From: an uncultured Clostridia bacterium
GTDB lineage: Bacteria > Bacillota > Clostridia > Christensenellales > Aristaeellaceae
Assembly: GCA_946542235.1 (NCBI GenBank)
Contig: CAMNKK010000004.1
Location: 3,315-67,314 of the forward strand
DNA length: 64,000 nt
Reading direction: 5' to 3'
Shown: positions 1 to 10,076 of the stretch, one piece after another
How the letters are laid out: every line of letters starts with the position of its first letter
Position numbering within the stretch: position 1 is the first letter of the stretch
Notes under the pieces: generated by a model
Databases searched by the model: none
What the model was told of the DNA's origin: nothing
What the model saw: the letters and a program-made list of their open reading frames with translations, nothing else
Translations under genes and position numbers: made by a program

Positions 1-77
1 CAAAAGAAACCATCAGTCTGCCTCCCTGTCTTTATCTGCGGACAATTTTTCATAAATTCAGAAAAATACATACGCCC

Positions 78-1025
78 TCACGACAGCATAGCCGCCCCGA
101 TGATACCTGCTTCAGAGCTGAGAGCGGCAATTTCCACCTTTGGCAGGGGCAGCGTGTTAAAGAGAACATACTTCGGATATTCCAGATTGACAGCGTCTGA
201 GAGGATGCTTCCGGCCTTGCTTACCCCTCCGCCGAGAAGGATTATTTCCGGATCCATGAAATTGACCAGATTGGCAACCGACAGGGAAAGGTATGTAATA
301 TAGCGGCGGAAGACTTTTTCCGCGATCGGATCCGCCTCCCTGGCGGCATCGATCACAATCTTGGCATTGATCCGGGCAGGATCCCCCTGTGCCATTTCCA
401 GGATAAGGGAGTCCGGATGAACAGCCACTGCTTCCCGAGCCATCCGAATGATCGCCGTGGCGGAGCAATACTGCTCCACACAGCCGCGGTTGCCGCAGGA
501 GCAGGGCACACCGTCCACCTCCAGAATGGTATGTCCAAACTCACCGCCGACGCCATGGAATCCTTTCCAGATTTTGCCGTTCAGAATAATTCCTGCACCG
601 ATTCCGGTACCAAGGGTGATGAAAACGGAGGAAGAGGTTCCCGCGCTCTTTCCGGCCACGCTTTCCGCCAGCGCGGCAACATTGGCATCATTGTCCACAA
701 AGAAGGGCTTGTCGATTCGCTTCTGGAATTCCTGCCGAAGAGGGGTATATTTCCAGCCAAGATTGGTGCAGTCAATGACTGTTCCGTTATCATCGGCAAT
801 CCCGGGAATGCCTGCTCCGATGGAGACAACATGTTCCAGGGTCAGTTCAGGATGAACGGAAGGATTCAGAATCCTGCGGATGCACTCCACCATCCGGTCC
901 ACCTGCTCTTCAAAAGAGATGTCTGTGCGCGTCGGAATGGAGTCCTGGGCGATAATTTTGTTGTTTTCGTCCACGGCGCCAATCTGAATTCCCGTTCCTC
1001 CGATGTCCAGTCCGATTCTGATCAT
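78..1025 (-). CDS. ROK family sugar kinase (glucokinase-like)
   Basis: GLDIGGT, DNDANVAALAE, LGTGIGAG, GEFGH and CSCGNRGCVE Zn motif. Confidence 0.93.
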   Translation of the reverse strand: MIRIGLDIGGTGIQIGAVDENNKIIAQDSIPTRTDISFEEQVDRMVECIRRILNPSVHPELTLEHVVSIGAGIPGIADDNGTVIDCTNLGWKYTPLRQEFQKRIDKPFFVDNDANVAALAESVAGKSAGTSSSVFITLGTGIGAGIILNGKIWKGFHGVGGEFGHTILEVDGVPCSCGNRGCVEQYCSATAIIRMAREAVAVHPDSLILEMAQGDPARINAKIVIDAAREADPIAEKVFRRYITYLSLSVANLVNFMDPEIILLGGGVSKAGSILSDAVNLEYPKYVLFNTLPLPKVEIAALSSEAGIIGAAMLS

Positions 1026-1978
1026 GATTCCATTTCCTCCTCGTGATGTTGGTTTTCAAATGAATAGGGTTCAGATCGAAATACTCTCTGCTTCAGGTCG
1101 CGGGCTGCATGATAACCCAGGCGCTTGAGGCTGAGATTCCGGGCAGCAGCTTCTATGATGATGGCCAGATTCCGGCCGGGGCGGATGGGCATGAACACGC
1201 GCGTAATAGGAACCCCAAGAATTTCCGTGGTTTCATCATTCAACCCGACCCGGTCATAAAGCTTCGTTTCATCCCAGGCTTCCAGCTCCATCACCAGATC
1301 GATGGTTTTGGAATTGGTGACCGCGGAAACGCCGAACATGGCCTGGACATCGATCAGCCCGATTCCGCGGATTTCCATCAGATGCCGGATGGCGTCCGGA
1401 CAGGTACCGATCAGACGGTTTTCCGCCACGCGGCAAATGTCCACGAGGTCATCCGCTACCAGCATGTGGCCGCGCTTAATCAATTCCAGGGCGGCTTCGC
1501 TTTTCCCGACGCCGCTTTTTCCGGAAAGCAGGACGCCGACACCGAAGACATCCAGCAGCACGCCGTGCCGAAGCTCATGGGGAGCCAGTTCCCGGGAGAG
1601 ATAGTGAATAAGGCGGGCAGTAAATCGGCTTGTTTCCGTGGGAGTCTGGTATACCGGAATATCAGCAGCTTCGGCGAGAGACAGCAGTTCGGGCGGCGGA
1701 ATCAGACTCCGGCAGATAATGACGCAGGGAAGGGAATATTCGAAATATTTCTTGAGTACCTTGATCCGCTCCTGAGGCTCCTGCTGCTTCAGATAAGCCA
1801 TTTCCACGATTCCGATCAGCTGAGGCCGCTCCCAGGCAAAGTGCTCATAGAATCCGCAGAACTGCATTCCCGGCCGGTTCAGGTCCGGGGATTGGATCGC
1901 AAGCATTTCCCTGCTTGATTTGACAAGGCAGAGAAGATTCATATCCTTTTGAAATTTAGTGGCAGAAATCATGGCCAA
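1022..1978 (-). CDS. hprK: HPr(Ser) kinase/phosphorylase
   Basis: LNRPG, HGVLLDV, Walker A GKSGVGKSE, LVADD, MEIRGIG, PGRNLA. Confidence 0.97.
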   Translation of the reverse strand: MAMISATKFQKDMNLLCLVKSSREMLAIQSPDLNRPGMQFCGFYEHFAWERPQLIGIVEMAYLKQQEPQERIKVLKKYFEYSLPCVIICRSLIPPPELLSLAEAADIPVYQTPTETSRFTARLIHYLSRELAPHELRHGVLLDVFGVGVLLSGKSGVGKSEAALELIKRGHMLVADDLVDICRVAENRLIGTCPDAIRHLMEIRGIGLIDVQAMFGVSAVTNSKTIDLVMELEAWDETKLYDRVGLNDETTEILGVPITRVFMPIRPGRNLAIIIEAAARNLSLKRLGYHAARDLKQRVFRSEPYSFENQHHEEEMES

Positions 1979-2032
1979 ACCTCCGGAGATGAAAGGATGA
2001 AGACCGGAAAAGCAGAATGCGGCGGCAAGCCT

Positions 2033-2851
2033 TCAGGCGGGCATATCCTGCATCAGGGATTCCAGATAGACTGCTACGCCGTCCTCCTGATTGGAATGGC
2101 AGATATCATCCGCCAGGGATCTAAGGGAATCACGCCCGTTGGCCATCAGCACGCCCCGTCCGGCAGCCTGAAGCATGGAAAGATCATTGAGACTGTCTCC
2201 GAAGGCAATAAAATCTGACGGAGAGAGACCCAGTTGCTCCGCAGCGCGCCGCAGAGCGAGACCTTTTGTTGCCCCGAGGGCATTAAACTCCAGAAACCAG
2301 GGTTTGGAGCAGGTAACAGAGACCCGTCCCTGAAAAAGAGCCTGCGCCTCGGACAGCATGGAAGCAATCTTTGCTTCCTCTGCCATCATCAGGATTTTGG
2401 AACGCGGTTCCCGGATGAATGCCTCCAGATCGCCGACATAAACGCCGGAAAGCATGGAGGAGACTGCGTAACGCTCCGCCCAGACGGATTCCTCATTATA
2501 GAAAAAGCTGGGGCCGGCATAGGTCTGCGCATAAACATGGTGACGTTTGCCAAAGGCCGCAATTTCCCGTCCAAGCGCCGCGGAAAAGGTCTCTGCATGC
2601 AGCAGGGTATGACCCTCCGCGGACCACAGCTCCGCACCGTTGCAGGAAATATAGAGGGAAGCGCAGGCCAGCTGATCCACGAAGGGCTTCATGCTGAGCT
2701 GAGCCCTGCCGCTGGCGGGAATGATCCGAACCCCCATGGCCGAGAGACGGCGAAGCACTGAAACAGTATGGGGCGAAATGCTGAGATCATCCCGGAGAAG
2801 GGTGTCATCCAGATCGAAAGCGACTGCCTGAAAGGGGTATTGTGTCCTCAC
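2033..2851 (-). CDS. Cof-type HAD-IIB hydrolase
   Basis: DLDDTLL, ASGR, CNGA, FGDSLND motifs. Confidence 0.93.
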   Translation of the reverse strand: MRTQYPFQAVAFDLDDTLLRDDLSISPHTVSVLRRLSAMGVRIIPASGRAQLSMKPFVDQLACASLYISCNGAELWSAEGHTLLHAETFSAALGREIAAFGKRHHVYAQTYAGPSFFYNEESVWAERYAVSSMLSGVYVGDLEAFIREPRSKILMMAEEAKIASMLSEAQALFQGRVSVTCSKPWFLEFNALGATKGLALRRAAEQLGLSPSDFIAFGDSLNDLSMLQAAGRGVLMANGRDSLRSLADDICHSNQEDGVAVYLESLMQDMPA

Positions 2852-2868
2852 GGAATATGCTTTCCTCC

Positions 2869-4455
2869 TTACCCTCTGAATCCGCGGACCGCTTCTTTCT
2901 GGGCAGGAATACAGGAAACGAAGCGGCTCATATATGCCTCGAATCCTTCTTCATCCTCCCGGGCCGGAGACAGGGTGGACTGCTTCAGGCCGGCAAAGAC
3001 ACGGTTCTGAAGATAATCCTCCAGGGATTCGCCCGGGCGCCGGTAAACCTGATAGGCGGACAGCAGCGCGATGCCCCAGGCACCGCCTTCTCCTGCCGTC
3101 TGCATCACCGTAACAGGCGCGTGAATCGCCGCCGCCAGAATACGCTGAGCAACCCCCTCCGTCTTGAACAGACCGCCATGGCCAAAGACCTGATCAATTG
3201 CCACATGTTCCCGGGCCATGATTTCCATGCCGTACTTCAGGGTTTCCATGCTGGCATAAAGCTGTACCCGCATAAAGTTCGCCAGGGACATTCTGGCATC
3301 CGGAAGACGAACGAGCATGGGTCTTCCTTCCTCCAGCCCGGTGACGGGTTCCCCTGCGAAATAATTGAAGCTGACCAGTCCTCCGCCGGCCGGATCTCCC
3401 TCCAGAGCCTTCCGGAAAAGCCGGGTATAGATCTCGCCCATATCCATGGAAACGCCCATGGCCTCGCCGAACTCCCGGAAAAGGCCTACCCAGGCATTGA
3501 TATCCGAAGAGCAGGAATTGCAGTGAACCATTCCCACGGGCATTCCGGTGGGAGTCGTTACCACATCGATTTCGGGATATACCTGGCTGAGCGGCTTTTC
3601 CAGAACAATCATGCTGAAGATCGAGGTTCCGGCGCTGACATTGCCTGTACGGGGACGGACACTGTTGGTGGCTGCCATGCCGGTGCCCGCGTCACCCTCC
3701 GGAGGACACACGGGGCATCCGGGCTGCAGGTCTCCTTCGGGATCCAGCAGCAGCGCGCCATCCGGCGTCAGCGTTCCTGCATCCTCTCCGGCGGAAAGCA
3801 CCTCGGGCAGAATATCCCGCAGTTTCCAGGGGTACCCTTTTCCGGAGATCAGACGATCGAAGGTCTCTACCATGCCGGCATCAAAATCATGCGTTGCAGA
3901 ATCCACGGGCATCATGCCGGAAGCGTCGCCGATGCCCAGCACCTTCCGGCCGGTCAGCCAGTAATGCGCCCAGCCGGCCAGCGTCGTCAGAAAGCGGATA
4001 TCCTTTACATGATCCTCTTCGTTCAGAACCGCCTGATAGAGATGGGACAGGCTCCACCGCTGAGGCATGTTGAAGGAAAAGGCGGCAGTCAGCTTTTCGG
4101 CGGCCTCGGCCGTAATGGTATTCCGCCAGGTACGGAAGGGAACCAGGAGCTCCATTCTTTCATTGAAAGGAAGATACCCGTGCATCATGGCGCTGACGCC
4201 GATCCCGGCCAGCCTGGTCAGCTTTGCGCCGCAGAGCTCTTTCACGTTTTTCTTCAGATCTGCATAGCTGGCCTGAAAGCCATGCAGAATCGCTTCTTCC
4301 GAATAGGTCCAGATGCCGTTCACATAGTCATTTTCCCACTCATGGCTTCCGGAGGCCAGCGGAGTGTGATCCGGGCCAATGAGCACGGACTTGATCCGGG
4401 TGGAGCCGAATTCAATTCCTAGAATGACGGAGCCGCTTTCAATCAGGTTTTTCAT
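2869..4455 (-). CDS. FGGY family carbohydrate kinase (ribulokinase/xylulokinase-like)
   Basis: GIEFGSTRIK, SAMMHG, FRTWRNT, PEGDAGTGM, SAGTS; start moved to ATG 4455 behind GAGGAG RBS. Confidence 0.9.
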   Translation of the reverse strand: MKNLIESGSVILGIEFGSTRIKSVLIGPDHTPLASGSHEWENDYVNGIWTYSEEAILHGFQASYADLKKNVKELCGAKLTRLAGIGVSAMMHGYLPFNERMELLVPFRTWRNTITAEAAEKLTAAFSFNMPQRWSLSHLYQAVLNEEDHVKDIRFLTTLAGWAHYWLTGRKVLGIGDASGMMPVDSATHDFDAGMVETFDRLISGKGYPWKLRDILPEVLSAGEDAGTLTPDGALLLDPEGDLQPGCPVCPPEGDAGTGMAATNSVRPRTGNVSAGTSIFSMIVLEKPLSQVYPEIDVVTTPTGMPVGMVHCNSCSSDINAWVGLFREFGEAMGVSMDMGEIYTRLFRKALEGDPAGGGLVSFNYFAGEPVTGLEEGRPMLVRLPDARMSLANFMRVQLYASMETLKYGMEIMAREHVAIDQVFGHGGLFKTEGVAQRILAAAIHAPVTVMQTAGEGGAWGIALLSAYQVYRRPGESLEDYLQNRVFAGLKQSTLSPAREDEEGFEAYMSRFVSCIPAQKEAVRGFRG

Positions 4456-4544
4456 GGATTCAATCTCCTCTTTTTTATTTGTCAGGAACGCTTCCGGAAA
4501 AGAAGCCCCCTGATGGAAATCTTTATGCTTTTCCGGATAAAGCC

Positions 4545-4573
4545 ATCGTACCACAGGGCACTTTAATTTGCAA
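4545..4573 (-). promoter_or_regulatory. sigma-A promoter of the FGGY kinase-HAD-hprK-ROK operon
   Basis: TTGCAA-17 nt-TACGAT with extended TG on the minus strand. Confidence 0.65.
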
Positions 4574-4576
4574 TCT

Positions 4577-6043
4577 TCATTTCAGATAACGGCTGACCGG
4601 CTTCGGAGCCTTGTTGTGCCTGCTCCGGCGCCAGTGGCGGAGCAGGATCACCAGCAGAACAATCAGCACAACGATCAGCACAGGTCCGAAAAGAATCAGT
4701 GCAAGTTCCAGTGAAAACGGCGGAAAGGGATTCGGATCTGCATAGGTTTCAGCAATAATCTCCTCCAGGGTTTTGGGAACATTTTCCCGGACTGCGACAG
4801 CCCTGGAGGCGGTCAGATTGTAGACAGCCGGCTCACCTGATTCCGGAAAATAGGTCAGGGTTCCCATGACCTCCCCGGCAGCAATCGGAGCTTCAAAATC
4901 CCGGGAATACTGAATCAGCAGGGTGTCCTGAATACTGGCAGCCATCTGCTCCACTTCGGTCTTGGTAGCGATAATGACAGGATTCGTACTGTCAGGCCGG
5001 GTCTGGCAGACCAGCTGAACCCGCCCGCGGTTCCCGTCGGAAGTGGAATAGTTGCTGGTCTCGATGGTAATGGGATTCATCTGGTACAGCTGCTGGGGCG
5101 TAACGGACATATACTGGGAAAAGCCGTAGTTCATCAGCTTGATGGTATCCGCCCATCGGGCACGCTTTCCCGTGAAATAGACGACGGAAATCAGATCCAC
5201 CCCATCGCGGGACGCGGAGCCGACAAAGCAGTAGCCGGAATGGGAATGACTTCCTGTCTTGACACCGGTCGCATCCGGAAAATAATACTTGTTCGGCTTT
5301 TCTTCCGACCCGGTGAGCATATATTCCGTTTTGGTGGTAATTGTCCGGGCTTTCTGCATGTTGGTGCGGGGAATGGCGTAAGTCACCGTGGCTGCAATTT
5401 TCCGGAAGGTTTCATTTTTCATGGCCTCCCGGGTAATCAGCGCCATATCATAGGCCGTTGTATAATGGTTGTCATCATGATATCCGTGGGCATTTTCAAA
5501 ATGTGTATTGACGCAGCCGAATACTGCCGCAGTCTGATTCATCAGATCCACAAAAGCGGGAATGGATCCGGATACCGTTTCGGCGATAACATTGGCCCCG
5601 TCGTTTCCGGAGAGCATCATCGTGCCGTAAAGCACATCCATGAAGCTGATCTCTTCTCCGATATGAAGACCCATGGTGGAAGAGTCCGCAGGAATATTCA
5701 TGGCCGTTTCGGAAACCGTAACCTTCCGGTTCAGGTCCTCCACCATCATGATTCCGAGCAGCACCGTAAGGATTTTCGTGGTGGAAGCGGGATAGCGGAT
5801 TGTATAGGGATCCTTTTCAAAAATGATCTCGCCCTTGTCTGCCGTTATCAGGATGGCCGAAAGTGCATAGAGCTGTTCAGGCTCCAGATTTTCAGGCCGG
5901 TCCGCGTCATAGGGAGCGGCTTCCGGGGAGAGCGTGGGCTCGGGAATCACATCAGTCGGAGTCTCGGACAAAGATCCGCCGGACTGAAGCAGAATAAACA
6001 GGCAGAGAAAGACAGAAAAAAGTCGAAGCGCAGCTTTGTTCAA
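4577..6043 (-). CDS. D-alanyl-D-alanine carboxypeptidase (peptidase S11), signal peptide and C-terminal TM
   Basis: PASTTK (SxxK), SGN, KTG motifs; hydrophobic N- and C-termini; TTG start. Confidence 0.92.
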   Translation of the reverse strand: MNKAALRLFSVFLCLFILLQSGGSLSETPTDVIPEPTLSPEAAPYDADRPENLEPEQLYALSAILITADKGEIIFEKDPYTIRYPASTTKILTVLLGIMMVEDLNRKVTVSETAMNIPADSSTMGLHIGEEISFMDVLYGTMMLSGNDGANVIAETVSGSIPAFVDLMNQTAAVFGCVNTHFENAHGYHDDNHYTTAYDMALITREAMKNETFRKIAATVTYAIPRTNMQKARTITTKTEYMLTGSEEKPNKYYFPDATGVKTGSHSHSGYCFVGSASRDGVDLISVVYFTGKRARWADTIKLMNYGFSQYMSVTPQQLYQMNPITIETSNYSTSDGNRGRVQLVCQTRPDSTNPVIIATKTEVEQMAASIQDTLLIQYSRDFEAPIAAGEVMGTLTYFPESGEPAVYNLTASRAVAVRENVPKTLEEIIAETYADPNPFPPFSLELALILFGPVLIVVLIVLLVILLRHWRRSRHNKAPKPVSRYLK

Positions 6044-6127
6044 CGAGGCACCTCCTTCCGATCCGAACCGGAGCAGAATGTTCCATTGCGATTTCCGGCG
6101 GAAAAAACTTCCGCTTGGGGAACTGCG

Positions 6128-6967
6128 TCAGCCGAGTGCCGGGGCGTGGAAGGGCGGAAGCAGGGGATTTCCTGTCAGCTGCAGAAGAAGATAGACAATG
6201 CCGATGACGGCCAGATACAGAGCAAACCATCCCATAGGAACCCTGGAAATGATTTTCAGCATCAGCCGGATTGCCAGAAAACCGGCTGCGCAGGCTACGA
6301 GAATCCCAACCAGGGTAGGAACCAGTTCGATGTCATGAATGTACCCTTCCTCCAGGGCATCCTTTCCTTCCATCAGGAGGGAGCCGAGGATGGCGGGTGC
6401 ACTCATCATAAAGGAGAACCGGGCAGCCGCGTTCTTGGCAGTGCCGGTCAGCACGCCGCCGGTAATGGTGGAACCGGAGCGCGACACACCGGGAATCATA
6501 CCAACTCCCTGAAAAAGGCCCATCACAGCAGCAGTCCCGAATCCGATCTCCTTTTTTCCGGCGGAGCGTCCCCGCAGATCACAAAGCAGCAGGAAAGCAG
6601 CCGACAGCAGGAAACTGACCCCCAGCAGCCATCCTGAATCAAAAATCGCAAATCCGTTATAATCCGGAAGCAGTTTTTTGGCCAGAAGATAGATTGCAAG
6701 GGTAGGAAGGGAAGCCGTAATCAGCAAAAGAAGCGTTTTATTTTTTACCGGATGGGCCAGCATGGCCATCCAGTCCTTCCAGAATATCACAACTACGGGG
6801 ATCAGCGTACCTACATGCAGCAAAATATCGAGCATTTTCATGGCCGGGGTATCCGTCTGGATACCCAGAAAAAGGCGGGCCAGCAACAGATGGCCGCTGG
6901 AGGAAACGGGAAGGAACTCGGCAAGTCCCTGAAGAAGCCCGAGAAATGCGGATTCGAGAATGCTCAT
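6128..6967 (-). CDS. uppP: undecaprenyl-diphosphate phosphatase (BacA)
   Basis: QGLAEFLPVSSSGH and PGVSRSGST motifs, multi-TM. Confidence 0.96.
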   Translation of the reverse strand: MSILESAFLGLLQGLAEFLPVSSSGHLLLARLFLGIQTDTPAMKMLDILLHVGTLIPVVVIFWKDWMAMLAHPVKNKTLLLLITASLPTLAIYLLAKKLLPDYNGFAIFDSGWLLGVSFLLSAAFLLLCDLRGRSAGKKEIGFGTAAVMGLFQGVGMIPGVSRSGSTITGGVLTGTAKNAAARFSFMMSAPAILGSLLMEGKDALEEGYIHDIELVPTLVGILVACAAGFLAIRLMLKIISRVPMGWFALYLAVIGIVYLLLQLTGNPLLPPFHAPALG

Positions 6968-7037
6968 GGAAAAATCCTCCCTTCAAATCAACAGCTTATC
7001 ATAACATAAAACCGCCTTTTTGAAAAGTTTACGGGCG

Positions 7038-7066
7038 TTGAAAAAGGTCGCGCGGGATGATATAAT
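7038..7066 (+). promoter_or_regulatory. sigma-A promoter of ychF
   Basis: TTGAAA-17 nt-TATAAT with extended TG. Confidence 0.8.
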
Positions 7067-7239
7067 CATTTTTGCGCCATTCTGTCAGCATGGCTCGGAA
7101 ATGACTTCACCGGTTTTATACCGGCCTGCCCGGAGAGCCGGTCAGGGGCGCACAGAATTACGGACCGGCGGACGGACAGATTTTCCCGCGCAGGCTGATC
7201 GGGAGCGGCCCCGGACGGAGAAGGAGAAGAAAAGAGAAG

Positions 7240-8337
7240 ATGAAGCTGGGTGTTGTTGGACTTCCGAATGTGGGAAAAAGCACGCTGTTTAACGCGATTA
7301 CGAAAGCCGGAGCACAGGCGGAGAATTATCCCTTCTGTACAATTGAACCCAATACCGGGGTTGTCATGGTGCCGGATTCACGGCTGCAGGTGCTTGCAGA
7401 GATGTATCATCCCAAAAAAGTGACTCCGACAACCATAGAATTTGTGGACATCGCGGGTCTGGTCAAGGGAGCCAGCCGCGGAGAAGGCCTGGGCAACAAA
7501 TTTCTGAGCCACATCCGGGAAGTGGATGCCATCGTGCATGTGGTTCGCTGCTTCGAGAATGAGAATATTATCCATGTGGACGGCAGCGTTGATCCGGTCC
7601 GCGATATCGAGACCATCAATCTGGAGCTTATCTTTGCAGATATGGAGACGGTCACGCGCCGGAGGGAGAAGGCCCAGAAGAATTTCCGCGGCGGCGATAA
7701 AAAAGCCGGGGCGGAAGCCGAGCTGGCCGATGCGATCTATCAGCATCTGGAAAAAGGGCTCCCCGCAAGAACCTATCCGGCAAATGAGGAAGAAAGGGAA
7801 ATTCTTAATTCCTGGTTTCTGCTGACAACCAAGCCGGTCATTTATGCTGCGAACATCTCGGAGGACGATCTCGGCAAACCCGAAAATGAAATTCCCTTTG
7901 CCAGGGAAGTCCGGAAAGTCGCGGACAGTGAGCATGCAGAGATGATTGTCATTTCTGCGGCCATTGAAGAGGAGATCGCCCAGATGGATCCGGAGGAAAA
8001 AGAGGAATTCCTGCAGGATCTGGGCATCGGGCAGAGCGGGCTGGATCGTCTGATCACCGCATGCTATCACCTGCTGGGCCTGATCAGCTTCCTGACGGCC
8101 GGTGAGGATGAATGCCGTGCCTGGACGATTACCCGGGGAACCAAAGCTCCCCAGGCAGCCGGAAAGATTCATACGGATTTTGAAAAGGGATTCATCAGAG
8201 CCGAGGTAGTTCCCTTTGATACGCTGGTGGAAAACGGAAGCATGGCAGCCTGCCGGGAAAAAGGGCTGATCCGGAGCGAGGGAAAAGATTATGTCATGAA
8301 GGACGGGGATATTACCCTGTTCCGTTTCAATGTATAG
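7240..8337 (+). CDS. ychF: redox-regulated ATPase YchF
   Basis: [28 protein letters not shown] domain ending FRFNV. Confidence 0.98.
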   Translation: MKLGVVGLPNVGKSTLFNAITKAGAQAENYPFCTIEPNTGVVMVPDSRLQVLAEMYHPKKVTPTTIEFVDIAGLVKGASRGEGLGNKFLSHIREVDAIVHVVRCFENENIIHVDGSVDPVRDIETINLELIFADMETVTRRREKAQKNFRGGDKKAGAEAELADAIYQHLEKGLPARTYPANEEEREILNSWFLLTTKPVIYAANISEDDLGKPENEIPFAREVRKVADSEHAEMIVISAAIEEEIAQMDPEEKEEFLQDLGIGQSGLDRLITACYHLLGLISFLTAGEDECRAWTITRGTKAPQAAGKIHTDFEKGFIRAEVVPFDTLVENGSMAACREKGLIRSEGKDYVMKDGDITLFRFNV

Positions 8338-8448
8338 GGGTCCGGAGCGGAAGATGGCTTTCTGAAGCCTCGCTGCGCTTTCACACTGCATCAGAAGGCA
8401 TCGTCCCATGGGAAGAATTAACATGACGGAAATGAACGGGAGGAGAAA

Positions 8449-9459
8449 ATGTCTCGAGTACAGTATTTCCTGAACCGGGTATTCAAGATGGACTGGAAAG
8501 CCATGTGGAAAACCACCGGCATCCTGAAAAAGAGAAGCGGGAAGAGCCGGATCTGGCTGCTTTGTGACATGCTGAAATGCGCTGTGAAATACAATGCCGG
8601 GTACATTGACTACAAAATTGCTCAGATGTACAGGCTGAATGATCAGCAGCGGCAGACGGTGATTACCCGCGGAATCTCCAATGACATTGTTCGCAGGATG
8701 AATCCGAAGGAATTCTGGCATACCTTTGATGACAAGGCTGAGTTCAATGAAACATTTTCCAAATGGATTCCGCGAAAATGGATCCGGATTGATCAAGATA
8801 CGAATCCGGAAGCCCTTTATGAGCTGTGCCGGCGGAATAAAGCGCTGCTCGGAAAACCCCTCGAGGGCTCCAGCGGCGTCGGAATTCTGAAATATACGGA
8901 GGAGGACTGGAAGGACGGCCCCGAAGCCTTTCTGAAAAAGCTGAAAGACGACGGAATCGGCATTCTGGAGGAAATCGTGATCCAGCATCCCGCCATGGCT
9001 TCTCTCTGTCCCACCTCCGTAAACACCTGCCGGATCGCTACGCTGCTTGGCGACAAGCAGCAGGGAATTGTTTACGCTTTTCTGCGGATCGGGAACGGAA
9101 AGGTCATGGATAATGTGGACTGCGGCGGTATGGCCGCACGAATTGATATTGCCACCGGAAAGCTCCTGACGGTAGGCGCTGATAAGCAGGGCAACACCTT
9201 CCTGAAGCATCCCATGACGAACACGAGCATCATCGGCTTTCAGATTCCCTATTGGGAAGAAGCAAAGGCCATGTGTCTTGAAGCCGCGCAGGTTATTCCG
9301 CAAATGCGTTTTATCGCCTGGGATGTGGCAATTACGGAAAAGGGGCCAACCTTCATCGAGGGAAACAGCTTCCCGAGCCACGCCATTCCTCAGTTTGCCG
9401 CCCATTATCCGGACGGAATCGGCATCCTGCCGGAATTCCGGAAGTTTATTGATTTCTGA
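8449..9459 (+). CDS. sugar-transfer-associated ATP-grasp protein
   Basis: DDK, KPLEGSSGVG, EEIVIQHP, SVNTCRI, AWDVA, FIEGN ATP-grasp motifs; GGAGG RBS. Confidence 0.8.
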   Translation: MSRVQYFLNRVFKMDWKAMWKTTGILKKRSGKSRIWLLCDMLKCAVKYNAGYIDYKIAQMYRLNDQQRQTVITRGISNDIVRRMNPKEFWHTFDDKAEFNETFSKWIPRKWIRIDQDTNPEALYELCRRNKALLGKPLEGSSGVGILKYTEEDWKDGPEAFLKKLKDDGIGILEEIVIQHPAMASLCPTSVNTCRIATLLGDKQQGIVYAFLRIGNGKVMDNVDCGGMAARIDIATGKLLTVGADKQGNTFLKHPMTNTSIIGFQIPYWEEAKAMCLEAAQVIPQMRFIAWDVAITEKGPTFIEGNSFPSHAIPQFAAHYPDGIGILPEFRKFIDF

Positions 9460-9474
9460 ATTTCGGTTTTCTGC

Positions 9475-9503
9475 TTGCTTTTTTACGAAATTTGTGTTAG
9501 AAT
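9475..9503 (+). promoter_or_regulatory. sigma-A promoter of rplS
   Basis: TTGCTT-17 nt-TAGAAT with extended TG. Confidence 0.7.
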
Positions 9504-9515
9504 AACCAAGTTATG

Positions 9516-9585
9516 CGGGCGGTCCTCTGGCCGGGATGATTACGGTCTGTCCGTTCGGACAGGCTGAACGGCGTAAGAACGTCTG
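9516..9585 (+). ncRNA. L19 (rplS) leader, cis-regulatory RNA
   Basis: GGCGGTCCTCTG...AAGAACGTCT directly before the rplS RBS resembles the firmicute L19 leader; extra internal hairpin CTGTCC-GTTC-GGACAG. Confidence 0.65.
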
Positions 9586-9607
9586 AGAGGGAAGGAGGCA
9601 CATCAAC

Positions 9608-9958
9608 ATGAATGAGATCATTCGCTCCATTGAGGCCAAGCAGATCCGGACTGATCTTCCCCAGATCAACGTCGGCGACACGGTTCGCGTATGGGTGAAG
9701 GTTGTGGAAGGAACGCGCGAGCGGCTGCAGGCCTTTGAGGGCACTGTGCTTGCCAAGCGCAACGGCGGCGTCCGTGAAACGTTCACGGTTCGTCGGGTTT
9801 CCTACGGTATCGGCGTGGAACGTACGTTCCCGCTGCATTCTCCCCGGGTGGATCACGTAGAACTGATCCGGCACGGCAAGGTTCGCCGCGCGAAGCTGTA
9901 CTATCTTCGCGACCGGCAGGGCAAAGCTGCCAAGATCAAGGAAGTCAAACGTGTTTGA
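9608..9958 (+). CDS. rplS: 50S ribosomal protein L19
   Basis: [36 protein letters not shown]. Confidence 0.99.
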   Translation: MNEIIRSIEAKQIRTDLPQINVGDTVRVWVKVVEGTRERLQAFEGTVLAKRNGGVRETFTVRRVSYGIGVERTFPLHSPRVDHVELIRHGKVRRAKLYYLRDRQGKAAKIKEVKRV

Positions 9959-9964
9959 TTGTGC

Positions 9965-9994
9965 AAAAAGCCGCCGAACTTCGGCGGTTTTTTT
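9965..9994 (+). terminator. rho-independent terminator after rplS
   Basis: GCCGCCGAA-C-TTCGGCGGT stem followed by a T run. Confidence 0.85.
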
Positions 9995-10019
9995 ATGTCC
10001 CGGCTTCGAATCGGAAACA

Positions 10020-10048
10020 TTGCATTCCTCTCCTGATTCGCATATAAT
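10020..10048 (+). promoter_or_regulatory. sigma-A promoter upstream of the DUF2461 gene
   Basis: TTGCAT-17 nt-TATAAT. Confidence 0.7.
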
Positions 10049-10076
10049 ATGTACGGATTTTAGCGGAGGTGTTTTT

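Noticed and set aside
8355-8403. Long hairpin between ychF and the ATP-grasp gene
   Set aside because: No U tail and no recognisable family; cannot be told apart from a generic stem-loop.
7378-9405. 675-aa antisense ORF over ychF and the ATP-grasp gene
   Set aside because: Antisense to two well-supported genes; no motifs.
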